Source: Candidatus Hydrogenedentota bacterium (GTDB lineage: Bacteria; Hydrogenedentota; Hydrogenedentia; Hydrogenedentales; JAEUWI01). Taken from it: 64,000 nt of DNA. This document shows positions 1 to 9,951 of this stretch, piece by piece. Both the position numbers and the translations under genes were made by a program. The notes beneath the pieces were generated by a model. It searched no databases and was not told where the DNA came from. It was given only the letters and a program-made list of their open reading frames with translations. The stretch's first letter is position 1; every line of letters starts with the position of its first letter. Location: positions 1 to 64,000 of the forward strand of contig JAXMOL010000015.1 of assembly GCA_034669905.1 (NCBI GenBank). The letters run 5' to 3'.

Positions 1-328
1 CCAATCCACTGACAACTTGCTACTATCTTGTTTGGACATGATGTTTCCTTCTGGGGCCTACCGCCCCGGTTGTATTGGACCAGAAACATCATGTCCTTTT
101 TTGCAGAACTTATGAAACATAACCGGGGCCGATACCTACGGCCACTACCCCGTCAACCAAATTCGCAGCATTTTCCATATGGAAGGCATGACCCTCGGCG
201 GCATCAAGGGTATGGTGGATTGGTGAGTGAAAATGACGAGGCCATTGCAAGTGAATAGTTGACAGGGGATAGTTGAAAGTAAGCGCTTCGCCGTGCCCTC
301 AAAGCGCTTATCGAGGCCCCAAAACCGC

Positions 329-357
329 TTGACGTGCTCCACGGCTCGGGCTATATT
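329..357 (+). promoter_or_regulatory. sigma70-type promoter
   Basis: TTGACG-17 nt-TATATT upstream of the 492 ORF. Confidence 0.55.
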
Positions 358-491
358 GAAGCAACAGGTTTTCAATCGCCGTCGGCAGCCATCAGGCGAC
401 TCCTGCGCCGTTTGACCGCAGTGCTTGATACGACGAGGTACGCACTGCTGTTGTCAACGGCCAACCGACAACGCGTATTTTTAAGAGGGGC

Positions 492-1421
492 ATGATGCGA
501 AACACTACGCCATGGGTTCTTCGTGGGGCATACCCATTCTTCATTTTTCTTGTGCTGATAGCCTTGGTCCTCCCGGTGCAATCCGTGCAGGCCGATCCTG
601 TCCGGCTTGAAGATTTCGACAGCAAGCGTATCAGCCTATCGGGAGATGGCTGGACCGCGAGAAAGCACGTTGTACACGACGACAACGCGGGCGAACGTTG
701 CTACGTCGAAATCGCGGCCAACGGCAGCGTATTGCACGACCTGCCGGCATCCCCCAGCATGGACTGGCCCCTGGAAGAACAGAATTGGACCCGGCTCCAC
801 CTGTTCGAGACGCCCGCCGGGACACCCAATGTGCTGGCGATAGTCTGGTTCGCGGGTGGTGCCCATGGTCCCGTCGGTCTATACCTGGTGGGCCTTGGCG
901 GGGAGTACCCCCTGCTGTTTACGTCCAGCAATTCGACCTTTGGCTATCTGGACGACCTCGATGGGGATGGCATACCCGAGGCCGTGCTTTATGCCAGTGC
1001 ATTCGAGTATTTCTCCCGTTCCGCCGTGACGTTCAACCATGCGGAATCTCCTTTTCCCCTGCTGGTGGCGGCCTACGACCCGTCACAAGAGCAATACACG
1101 TGGTCCAATGGACGGTTTCCCGGCGTGCTTGCGCAGAAAGAGGCCGCCACGGAGAAACGGTTCCGCTCCCTTTGGCCCGGCGAGGAAAAGATTCCCGTGA
1201 GCGTTGCCGTCGATCAACATTCGCAAGTCGCTCATGCCTATCGGGTGCTCATGTCGTGGGCCGTAGAGGCGTGCTACCGGGGAGGCCCGCAGGCGGGTGA
1301 AGCCATCATCGACGCCCACACCGACCCCGCCTTGGCCGTCTTCTCCAAGCACGCGCTCACTGAAACGCTCCGGAGAGACGCCCTCTATCCTTCGATTGAT
1401 TTCAATCCCGTGTCTAACTGA
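492..1421 (+). CDS. secreted hypothetical protein with one DxDxDG (FG-GAP/Ca-binding-like) motif
   Basis: 309-aa ORF, GAGGGG RBS, signal peptide ending VQA-D, DLDGDGIPE motif. Confidence 0.75.
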   Translation: MMRNTTPWVLRGAYPFFIFLVLIALVLPVQSVQADPVRLEDFDSKRISLSGDGWTARKHVVHDDNAGERCYVEIAANGSVLHDLPASPSMDWPLEEQNWTRLHLFETPAGTPNVLAIVWFAGGAHGPVGLYLVGLGGEYPLLFTSSNSTFGYLDDLDGDGIPEAVLYASAFEYFSRSAVTFNHAESPFPLLVAAYDPSQEQYTWSNGRFPGVLAQKEAATEKRFRSLWPGEEKIPVSVAVDQHSQVAHAYRVLMSWAVEACYRGGPQAGEAIIDAHTDPALAVFSKHALTETLRRDALYPSIDFNPVSN

Positions 1422-1799
1422 AGGTGCGAAGGTAAATCTCGCGCAAATTCAATGCGTTGCTTTCGTCCCCCAACACCCGCCGAGTTGGGGGCGCTTTTCA
1501 TGGCGGGGCGATAATCGCAGCGCTTTCCCCCCGTCCACACCGGGCCACCCGTTGCTGACCACGACGCGACGCGCCCGCCCAACATATCGCGCCAAGCCCC
1601 CTCTCACCACAGCAACTCATTTTTGAACAACCTTCTATCAAATCCGAACCATTTATTACCCCCCAGAAAAGAGGGTAACTAACATATAGTCATTTTTGTA
1701 CTATTTTCTTTACTCTCGACCGCACACTCGCTCCACACCTGATGACCCTATAGCGCGTAAGAACTTGAAACACAACACCTTACAGCACACCCATCTTTT

Positions 1800-1815
1800 G
1801 GGCACAATACTGGCT
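1800..1815 (+). promoter_or_regulatory. sigma54 (-24/-12) promoter
   Basis: GGGCACAATACTGGCT has GG-N10-GC spacing, about 60 bp upstream of a PEP-CTERM gene. Confidence 0.55.
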
Positions 1816-1877
1816 TAAAGACGTGTTGATATAACAACCCCAACTGAGAATAACGCCATTAAAACGAGGAGTGAAAA

Positions 1878-2531
1878 ATGAGAAGATTCTTAGGGCTTAC
1901 ATTGGCTACCGTTGTCGCATTGGTCGGTGCTGCCCACGCGGGCATCATCTATGACAACGGCGCGCCCGATCTTGTGAGCGGGATTGCCTCCGATGCGGAC
2001 TTTCCCAATCTGGTCGTGGATGACTTTATCTTGGATCCCGGTAGCAACGTAATCACTGACATTCACTGGTGGGGCATGTACTTATTTGGCAACACCTTGC
2101 CCGATGATGACTTCACCATCTCAATCTTTGAGCAGTTGGCCGGGGAGCCAACCGTGGTAGCGCTGCACGAAATTAACGTTGGCAGCGTAGGACGGACGAA
2201 CACAGGAAATTCGGTCATAAGATATGACCTCTACGAATACTCGGTCGATATCGCGCCAATTACACTCAACGCAAACACGACGTACTATCTTGGCATAAGC
2301 AACAATACGCCGCAATCGTTCGACAACTGGTATTGGGCAACCAGTTTAGTGGGAGGCGGAAATAGCTTTGGCAGGCCCGACGCGGGGTTCGGCTGGGGGA
2401 CGATGCCGAATGATTTTGCTTTCTACCTGACCGGTGATGCCAACGCGCCGATCCCAGAACCTGCCACGATGAGCTTATTGGGCATGGGTCTCGCCGGGCT
2501 CGCCATGCGCGCGCGTCGCCGGAAAGCATAA
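1878..2531 (+). CDS. PEP-CTERM sorting domain protein
   Basis: Signal peptide (AHA-G), GAGGAG RBS, C-terminal IPEPATMSLLGMGLAGLAMRARRRKA. Confidence 0.92.
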   Translation: MRRFLGLTLATVVALVGAAHAGIIYDNGAPDLVSGIASDADFPNLVVDDFILDPGSNVITDIHWWGMYLFGNTLPDDDFTISIFEQLAGEPTVVALHEINVGSVGRTNTGNSVIRYDLYEYSVDIAPITLNANTTYYLGISNNTPQSFDNWYWATSLVGGGNSFGRPDAGFGWGTMPNDFAFYLTGDANAPIPEPATMSLLGMGLAGLAMRARRRKA

Positions 2532-2563
2532 TCGGACCCAACATCTTCGTCTTGTTAGTAATC

Positions 2564-2605
2564 AACGCCGTTGCTCCTTCTGGGGTGACGGCGTTTCTTT
2601 CTATT
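2564..2605 (+). terminator. intrinsic terminator
   Basis: AACGCCGTTGCTCC/GGGGTGACGGCGTT stem followed by a T-rich tail. Confidence 0.65.
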
Positions 2606-2814
2606 CCTTGACGTTGGCAAAGCAGCGCTATGCGCAGCACTCTTCTACCCGACACAAGACACGCGTGGAGCCTTCCAAGAACGACGCGTCATACAACACC
2701 ACCGAGAAGGCCTTGCTCGCATCGCACGCACGTTGTTGCGGACTGGAAAGTCCGCACTCCTGAGCACTATCATGGCTCCTTCACCTACCGTCAGTCGAAG
2801 GAGATCATGCCCCC

Positions 2815-5094
2815 ATGAATGCCTTACTCGCCACGCTCTTGTGCATCGCAGTCGCCCCGGCCTCGACCCACTGGTTCAACGCCGCCGACCTCACCGACGC
2901 GCCCCAATCTGTTTCCCCCGGCACCTATGCCGCCTGGGCCTGGTCCCCGGCCCACAGCGCAGGCCAGCTCACCATCAACGACCAGGAACTCCGCGCCAAT
3001 GCCGGCTCGCCCGATGCCAATGCCACGTACCATTGGGTAAAGGTCGGCGACATTGCCTGTCCCGACGGCAAGGTCACGATTACCCTGGGAGACGGCGTGG
3101 CCGCGGTGGCCCTCTCCACGGCACCGGATTTCAACCCGGCCACGGTCACCCTTCGCAGCCGCGTTCACGGCACACCGGAAGCGGTCATCGACGGCCGGGG
3201 CCAACAGGCGCGCCACACCCACACCGTCTTCACCATGCCCGAGTTTCACAGCGCGGCAGAATGGGAAGCCTATGCCGCCCGACTTCGCACCCAGGTGGCC
3301 CTGACCTCTGGCCTCTACCCCCTGCCCGACAAGACGCCCTTGAACGCCGAGCTTTCCGGAAAAATCACCCACGACGACTACACGGTGGAAAAGGTCAGGT
3401 TTGAAGCCTACCCCGGTTTCTTCGTCACGGGCAATCTCTACAAACCCTTGGGGGATGGCCCCTTTCCCGGCATGGTCTCCCCCCACGGACATTGGACCAA
3501 TGGCCGCACGGAAGAAGGCGAACGGGGCTCGGTCCCGGCCCGGGGCATCACCCTGGCGCGCATGGGCATCGTCACCTTCATGTATGACATGATTGGCTAT
3601 CAGGACAGCATCCAGTTTCCCCACAACTGGGGCACGGAGAAAGAAAAACTCTGGGGCATCCATCCCTTTGCGTTTCAACTCTGGTCCTCCATTCGGGCCA
3701 TCGACTTTCTCCAGTCCCTCCCCGAAGTGGCCCCCGACCGCATTGGCTGCACGGGCGCATCGGGTGGCGGCACCCAGACCTTCGCCCTCACGGCCATCGA
3801 CCCCCGCATCAAAGTATCCGCACCGGTCAACATGATCTCCTCCCGCATGCAGGGCGGCTGCCTCTGTGAAAACGCCCCCATCCTCCGCCTCAATAATTCC
3901 AACATGGAGGTGGGCGCCCTGATGGCACCGCGCCCCATGCTCATGGTTTCCGCCACGGGCGACTGGACCCGCGAAACGCCCCGGGTAGAATACCCGGCCA
4001 TCAAGAGCATCTTCGCACTCTACGACGCCGAAGACCGTATCAAGAATGTCCATATCGATGCGCCGCACAATTATAATAAGGACAGCCGTGAGGCCATGTA
4101 CCGCTTTATGGGCCGGTGGCTGCTGAACGAACCCGGCTGGGAAGACTTCACGGAACCGGAATACCCCCTGGAAGCCCAAGAAGCCCTCCGCCTCTACCCC
4201 GATGGCCAGGGCGCGGATGCCCCTGACCAGGAAATCATCGAACAGGTGCGGAGCCGTATCGAAGCCAAGTGGGAAAAGGAGCTCTCCCTGGCCAAGGCCG
4301 ATCCCGCGGCCTTCGCGGCGGCCCATCGGAACGCCTTCGCCCAGGTGCTCGGCGCCCAGGTGCCTTCCGCCAACGACCTCGCGTGCGAACGCTTTCGCAT
4401 GGAAGAGTTCGACGGCTACGTGCAGGAAAACTGGATCCTGGGACGGAAAGGCGCCGATGATGCCATCCCGGCCCTGTTCTTCCGCGGCACCGGCAGCACG
4501 CCCCAGGATGCTGTCCTGCTCGTCAGCGGTAAGGGAAAAGTTTCCTACATTGATGCAAGCACCGGTGCACCCGGCCCCCTCGTCGCCTCCCTTATCGGGG
4601 CCGGCAAGGCGGTGCTCTGTATCGACCCCTTCCTGGTGGGTGAACAGGCGGGCGTCCTGAAGCAGACTAAGCGGATGCGGGTCGGAGGCTTCATGGACAC
4701 CTTCCAGCCCACGGATACAGGCTATCGCGTACAGGATGTCATCACCGCCGCCGCGTTTCTTCGTGCGCGCCGTGATCTGAGCAACACCCTTGACGTGGTC
4801 GGTCAGGATGAAGCCGGCGTATGGGTCTTGCTGGCCAGCGCGGTCGATGGCGCCTTCGCCACCACCATTGCTGACCTGAGCAACTTCGACCGCCACGATG
4901 ATGACGCCTGGGTGAAGCGCTACTACGTGCCCTGTATCCGCAGTGTGGGCGATGTCGCCACGGCCGCGGGGCTGATTGCGCCCCACACGCTGTACATCGC
5001 CGGCAGCGAAGCCGCGCAGGAACTTGCGCCCTACGGAGCCGTTTCCGTGGGCAACGCCGCCACCGCCGCCCAATTGGCCACCCTGCTAAAGTAA
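2815..5094 (+). CDS. secreted alpha/beta-hydrolase, acetyl xylan esterase-like
   Basis: Signal peptide, SPHGH motif, nucleophile elbow GCTGASGGGTQT, GGCLCEN, HNYNKDSRE; second degenerate hydrolase module at the C-terminus. Confidence 0.85.
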   Translation: MNALLATLLCIAVAPASTHWFNAADLTDAPQSVSPGTYAAWAWSPAHSAGQLTINDQELRANAGSPDANATYHWVKVGDIACPDGKVTITLGDGVAAVALSTAPDFNPATVTLRSRVHGTPEAVIDGRGQQARHTHTVFTMPEFHSAAEWEAYAARLRTQVALTSGLYPLPDKTPLNAELSGKITHDDYTVEKVRFEAYPGFFVTGNLYKPLGDGPFPGMVSPHGHWTNGRTEEGERGSVPARGITLARMGIVTFMYDMIGYQDSIQFPHNWGTEKEKLWGIHPFAFQLWSSIRAIDFLQSLPEVAPDRIGCTGASGGGTQTFALTAIDPRIKVSAPVNMISSRMQGGCLCENAPILRLNNSNMEVGALMAPRPMLMVSATGDWTRETPRVEYPAIKSIFALYDAEDRIKNVHIDAPHNYNKDSREAMYRFMGRWLLNEPGWEDFTEPEYPLEAQEALRLYPDGQGADAPDQEIIEQVRSRIEAKWEKELSLAKADPAAFAAAHRNAFAQVLGAQVPSANDLACERFRMEEFDGYVQENWILGRKGADDAIPALFFRGTGSTPQDAVLLVSGKGKVSYIDASTGAPGPLVASLIGAGKAVLCIDPFLVGEQAGVLKQTKRMRVGGFMDTFQPTDTGYRVQDVITAAAFLRARRDLSNTLDVVGQDEAGVWVLLASAVDGAFATTIADLSNFDRHDDDAWVKRYYVPCIRSVGDVATAAGLIAPHTLYIAGSEAAQELAPYGAVSVGNAATAAQLATLLK

Positions 5095-5260
5095 GTTATC
5101 GCCGCGCCCCCGCGGGTTTCTTCCACTTGAAGGAACCCGGCGGGGGCACGCGGCACGATCCGGTGTTTCCTGATTGAATTCGGGCGAGATTTGCTGCGAT
5201 CACCCCGCACCGTTCACCCCGTGCGTGGTTACCGCCCGCCCTATGTAGTAGAATCCTCCC

Positions 5261-6175
5261 ATGAGCACCTTCAACGACACCTTCATTCATATCACCGATC
5301 TGCATTTCTGGGAAATCGTGCGGAACCCGGCCATGCTGTGGAACAAACGCTTCCTCGGCAACATCAACGTCATTTACCGACGACGCCACGAGTTTCACAT
5401 GGAAATGGCCCTGCCGTACGGCGAGCACCTCGCCTCCCTGGGCATCAAGGACGTGGTCATCGGCGGGGATTTCACCTCCACCGCCACGCCCAACGAATTC
5501 CGGCGGGGCCGGGCCTTTACGGATTCCCTGGCCGAGGCCGGTCTCAACGTCCACCTCCTGGCCGGAAACCATGACGTCTATACCTTTGAATTCCTGGGAA
5601 CCCAGCGCTTCAAACAGCATCTGGGCCCCTATATTCCGGATGGTGGCTACCCCGGTGTGCAAACCCTGCCCGGGGGCACTCCCCTGATCCTGGTGCCGAC
5701 CGTCTGTCCCAACTGGATTTCTTCGGCCGGGCGCATCAGTGACGCCGAAATTGAAGCCACCCGGAAGCTCATTGAAGCCTGTCCCGACGGCCCCATCGTC
5801 GTGGCTGGCCACTATCCCATCCTCCACGAAACCAAAGGCTACAAGAGCGCCAGGTCCCGGCAACTGCGCAACGCCGAAGCCTTGCGGGCCATGCTGGGCG
5901 TCTCCGGACGGCAGATTCTCTATGTTGCGGGCCATGTCCATCGCTTCAGCTATACGCAGGATGACCGGTACGCCAATTTACAGCACCTGACGACCGGGGC
6001 CTTATTCCTCCAACGGCGGGGTACGGCCTGCCGGGGGGCCTTCAGCACTGTCCGCATTGGGGATGGGGGCTTTGAGGTGGAGTGGCACGAGCACTACGAT
6101 GAATGGACCCAGGAAGTGGCGCGTCTGGATACCACCTTGGATAACACGCCGGATACCGTGGTCAACACCCCGTGA
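5261..6175 (+). CDS. calcineurin-like metallophosphoesterase (CpdA-like)
   Basis: HITDLHF, GGDFT, GNHD, GHVH motifs. Confidence 0.88.
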   Translation: MSTFNDTFIHITDLHFWEIVRNPAMLWNKRFLGNINVIYRRRHEFHMEMALPYGEHLASLGIKDVVIGGDFTSTATPNEFRRGRAFTDSLAEAGLNVHLLAGNHDVYTFEFLGTQRFKQHLGPYIPDGGYPGVQTLPGGTPLILVPTVCPNWISSAGRISDAEIEATRKLIEACPDGPIVVAGHYPILHETKGYKSARSRQLRNAEALRAMLGVSGRQILYVAGHVHRFSYTQDDRYANLQHLTTGALFLQRRGTACRGAFSTVRIGDGGFEVEWHEHYDEWTQEVARLDTTLDNTPDTVVNTP

Positions 6176-6234
6176 GCCCTGTTAACCATCCACCCCGCTT
6201 GCACCCCCACAGCAACCGGTGCTAGCATGAAATA

Positions 6235-6630
6235 GTGAAATCTAACGTGCCAAAGAAGCCTGCGCTACCCAAGCCCAAAAAGCTTTTCCCACCGATGGGG
6301 CCACGATGGCTTAAGCTTGAACCCCTCCCCCTGGCCATGCTCGGTGGGGTGTTTTTTGGTACGCTCGCAATGGTATTCTACTTCATTCGCCAATGTTTGG
6401 GCGTGCCCATGGCCCCCGATACGGTGTTGATAGGGGTCGCCCGCACCTTTCTGGTAAGTTACGCGGGAACAGGATTCTTCGTCTGGTACATATTGCATGT
6501 CGCCGAAGAACACCGATCCGGTCTCGACACAAAGCATACCGGCCACTCCGAAACGGAGGGCATGGAAGAAGAAATTCAGGAATGGGAAACCACTGGGCCA
6601 CCGCCCGAAGAACCCGAGGAGCCTTCATGA
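6235..6630 (+). CDS. hypothetical membrane protein (2 TM, acidic tail)
   Basis: Two hydrophobic segments; stop overlaps the next ATG (ATGA). Confidence 0.7.
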   Translation: MKSNVPKKPALPKPKKLFPPMGPRWLKLEPLPLAMLGGVFFGTLAMVFYFIRQCLGVPMAPDTVLIGVARTFLVSYAGTGFFVWYILHVAEEHRSGLDTKHTGHSETEGMEEEIQEWETTGPPPEEPEEPS

Positions 6631-7703
6631 AATACCCGATTATCGCCCTGATGGTGGCTACGGCCGCCCTCCTAAACCTTTCCGCAGCCCAGGCCCAGGC
6701 CCCTGATTTGGAGAAAATGGACACGGTACAACGCGCCCTGCCTGACGGCCCCGTTGCCCTGGTTGATGGCAAGCCCGTCACGAAGGAGGACTTCCTCTTC
6801 CTCTACAAGAGTAAACTGGCCCGTATGCACCTGGCATCCGGCGGCAAGAAACTGGGCAAGAACGTGCGGATCAAGGCAGGTATCGGCACCCTGGCCGAAC
6901 TCGTCCAGCGTGAAATCCTCAGCCAACTGGGCACCCGGCGGAAGCTGACGGTGACCCAGAAAGAGGTGCAGGAAGCCTATGACACCCAACTCCAAATCCT
7001 GATCAAGGAATTCACCACCGAAGACAACACGCCGACCGAAAAGGATATCCTGGAGCGCTCGGGCCAGACCCGCGAAAGCGCGATTGAAGACATGCATAAA
7101 GCCCTGTTGGTCGAAAAGGCCAGCAAAGCCCTTGCCGACGACAAGAACGTAACCTTGACGGATAAGGAAGCCCGCGAATTCTATGACCAGAATAAAGCCC
7201 GCTTCCAACGGCCCGGTATGTTGCACCTGAAACAGATCTTCGTGCGCGCCGAAGGCGACAAGAAAAAGTCGGCCGACGACAGTTGGGAGACGGCCGAAAA
7301 AGATATCAAGAAGGCCCAGGCCCGCTTCCTCGTCGGCGAGTCGTTTGACGCCATTGCCAAGTCCATGTCCGATGGGCAGGATGCCGCGCAGGGCGGCGAT
7401 ATGGGTATGCGCCCGACCCAGGCCATTCCCCCCATCTATGTCGAAAAGGCGGGCAGCATGGAAATCGGCGAGACCAGCGAACCCTTCAAGAGTGATCAGG
7501 GCTGGCACATTCTCCACCTGGTGGCCCGCGAAGGTGCCGCGGATGTCCCCTTTGAAGAAGCCCGCGAATGGATCAAAGAGCGGCTTATGCAGGTAAAAGT
7601 CGCGGCTGCCGTGGAAGAATACACCCAGCCCATCATCGAAGATGTGACCCGGGTTCAGATTTTCCTCCAGCTTCGGCCCGTGGAAGAAAAACCCGCCGAA
7701 TAA
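6627..7703 (+). CDS. PpiC/parvulin-type peptidyl-prolyl isomerase (SurA/PrsA-like)
   Basis: Start reassigned to MKYPII (signal peptide, GAGGAG RBS); SFDAIAKSMSD, GGDMG, SEPFKSDQGWHIL. Confidence 0.88.
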   Translation: MKYPIIALMVATAALLNLSAAQAQAPDLEKMDTVQRALPDGPVALVDGKPVTKEDFLFLYKSKLARMHLASGGKKLGKNVRIKAGIGTLAELVQREILSQLGTRRKLTVTQKEVQEAYDTQLQILIKEFTTEDNTPTEKDILERSGQTRESAIEDMHKALLVEKASKALADDKNVTLTDKEAREFYDQNKARFQRPGMLHLKQIFVRAEGDKKKSADDSWETAEKDIKKAQARFLVGESFDAIAKSMSDGQDAAQGGDMGMRPTQAIPPIYVEKAGSMEIGETSEPFKSDQGWHILHLVAREGAADVPFEEAREWIKERLMQVKVAAAVEEYTQPIIEDVTRVQIFLQLRPVEEKPAE

Positions 7704-7797
7704 CCCCATACCGGATGCTTTCCGGGCCCGCCCGACGCCTGGTTCGTCTGGCGGGCCTTTCTTATATGGACACCCCAACTTTAAGGACGCCGCCCTC

Positions 7798-9693
7798 ATG
7801 TCGCTCCTCCTCACTTGTGCCGCCCTCGTCGCCAGTGCCACCGGCAATACCGGGGGCTACGCCTGGCCCCTGAGCCTCGATCCCCAGCTGACCTCAAGCT
7901 TTGCGGAGTACCGAACCGGACGCTTCCACGCGGGCATCGACCTGCGTACGTCGGGGGTCGGACGAGACGTGTTCGCGGCCGGAGACGGCTATGTGAGCCG
8001 GGTGCGCTGTTCGCCTTATGGTTACGGCAAGGCGGTCTATCTCCAACTCAACGATGGCAACGTGGCCATCTACGCCCACCTCTCTGACTACTACCCCGCG
8101 CTCACCGAATACGTCAACCGGGAACAACGCCGCACCAAGCGCTATGCGGTTGACCTCTATCTCAAGCCTTCGCAGTTTCCCATTACCAAAGGCCAATTGA
8201 TCGCGAAGAGTGGCCAGACCGGTATCGGCGCCCCCCACCTCCATTTTGAAATGCGCGATGCCGCCCATGAACCCGTGAACCCACGCCTCCTGGGATACGA
8301 CTGGCCCGATTCGGTCGCCCCGAAAATCAAAGAAGTCCTTGTGGCGCCTCAGGGGCTGGAAGGTCGGGTTGAGGGAGACGTGCTCCCAGTCGCCTTGTCC
8401 GTCGTTCAGGATGAATCCGGGCGACTCCGCACCAGACCCGTCCATGCGGTGGGTACCATTGGCTTCGGTGCCGACGTGGTGGACCCCGGCAGTGGTGGCT
8501 ACAACCTCGGCGTTCACCAACTTCGTCTTCTGCAGAATGGGGCCGAAGTCTTTCGCATGCAACATGACCGCCTGAGCTACACCAACCACCGCAACGGGGC
8601 CGTCTCCTACCACCCCCACATGCACCACGAAGGACGCTTCCTCCTCACGTGGCGCTGGCCCGGAAATCGTTGCCATAGTTACAACCGGGTGGCCGGCGAC
8701 GGGTGGGCGACCATTGGTCCGGAAACCCGCGAACTCGTCGTCGAAGCCGTCGATTTCTACGGCAACGCCACCCAGGTGACCATTCCGATCATCGCCGACA
8801 TCCCCACACCCAACCCGCCGGCCCAGGGACGCCCGGTGGATCTCCGGCTCGTCGGCCCCGAGTTGCTGGTCACGGCCCAGTACAGCAGTGCCCCCGCGAC
8901 CCTACCCCTGCTCCAATTTACAGGCGGCGGAGAACAGCCCTTCAACGCCATTAACAGCACGACCTACCGGACCACTTTCCGCCCGGCACAGTCGGGACGC
9001 TACACCCTTTCGGTAAATCACAGCGAACAGCCCGACTATCAACGGGATGTCGCCGTATTCGTCCAGGGACAAGCCACCCAAACGATTGCCCTCGACGACG
9101 TGCACATCACGGCCGGCCCGGACTCCCCCTATGGAACCCTGTTTCTCCGGGCGTGGCAGGTCGATGCGCCGCCGTCCCACAGCATGCCCGCACGGAGCAA
9201 TGCCTACAAGATCTGGCCCGGGGACGCCCCCATCTTTGACCCCATCACCGTTTCCATCCCCCTTTCACCCGGCGTAACCAAACAGCGCAACATCCATGTC
9301 TACCGTCACCGCGGTTCCTACTGGGCACGGGAAGACACCACCTTCCGAGGAAACCGCGCGGAAGTGAAGACCCGCACGCCCGGCATCTTTATGGCCATGG
9401 AAGACACCGTCGCCCCGCGCATCAGCGACGTTTCCCCGTCGGAAGGCTATCAGGCCCAATCGGAACGCCCCATCCTGCGGGCCCAGGTCTCCGACAATGG
9501 CAGCGGCGTCGTCGGCTATCAGATCACCTCTGGGGACCATTGGCTCATCGCCGCCTATGACCCGGAGCGCAATCAGATTGCCTGGGAGCGAGATGAAGAC
9601 CTCCCCGCCGGTCCCCAGACCATCACCTTTACGGTAACCGACGAAGCCGGGAATACCGAGGTGGTCCAGCGAAATATTGTGGTGCCCAATTAG
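7798..9693 (+). CDS. M23 family metallopeptidase with large C-terminal extension
   Basis: SSFAEYRTGRFHAGID, YAHL, APHLHFEMR. Confidence 0.88.
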   Translation: MSLLLTCAALVASATGNTGGYAWPLSLDPQLTSSFAEYRTGRFHAGIDLRTSGVGRDVFAAGDGYVSRVRCSPYGYGKAVYLQLNDGNVAIYAHLSDYYPALTEYVNREQRRTKRYAVDLYLKPSQFPITKGQLIAKSGQTGIGAPHLHFEMRDAAHEPVNPRLLGYDWPDSVAPKIKEVLVAPQGLEGRVEGDVLPVALSVVQDESGRLRTRPVHAVGTIGFGADVVDPGSGGYNLGVHQLRLLQNGAEVFRMQHDRLSYTNHRNGAVSYHPHMHHEGRFLLTWRWPGNRCHSYNRVAGDGWATIGPETRELVVEAVDFYGNATQVTIPIIADIPTPNPPAQGRPVDLRLVGPELLVTAQYSSAPATLPLLQFTGGGEQPFNAINSTTYRTTFRPAQSGRYTLSVNHSEQPDYQRDVAVFVQGQATQTIALDDVHITAGPDSPYGTLFLRAWQVDAPPSHSMPARSNAYKIWPGDAPIFDPITVSIPLSPGVTKQRNIHVYRHRGSYWAREDTTFRGNRAEVKTRTPGIFMAMEDTVAPRISDVSPSEGYQAQSERPILRAQVSDNGSGVVGYQITSGDHWLIAAYDPERNQIAWERDEDLPAGPQTITFTVTDEAGNTEVVQRNIVVPN

Positions 9694-9782
9694 GGGGAGA
9701 AGACACGTCAGGGACTGCAGGGACGCCAGCAGGGGTGGTGGTGCAGGGGGCATCGGCGTGAGCCCCATCTGATTTCAAAAGA

Positions 9783-9861
9783 ACTCCCCTCCTCGGAGGG
9801 GTTGGGGGTGGGCCACGTCACCATAAGCATTGCCCCCCCTGCCCCCTCCCAGGAGGGGAAT
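9783..9861. repeat. REP-like palindromic element, copy 1
   Basis: ACTCCCCTCCTCGGAGGGG...CCCTCCCAGGAGGGGAAT; related copy at 36992. Confidence 0.8.
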
Positions 9862-9951
9862 CCAGTGGCACTCCAATTGAACGTCCCTGGCAGGAATAGA
9901 TGCTGTTATCTCTCATTCACAGCATACAAAACACCCAACCTCGTTGAGCAC

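Noticed and set aside
259..271. TTGACAGGGGATA, also present on the minus strand at 29233-29245
   Set aside because: Chance 13-mer matches are expected in 64 kb; two copies are too few to call a regulon
2824..5073. Long antisense ORFs (also 13119-15248, 33040-34716, 59591-61345 and similar)
   Set aside because: Shadow frames of well-supported genes in GC-rich DNA
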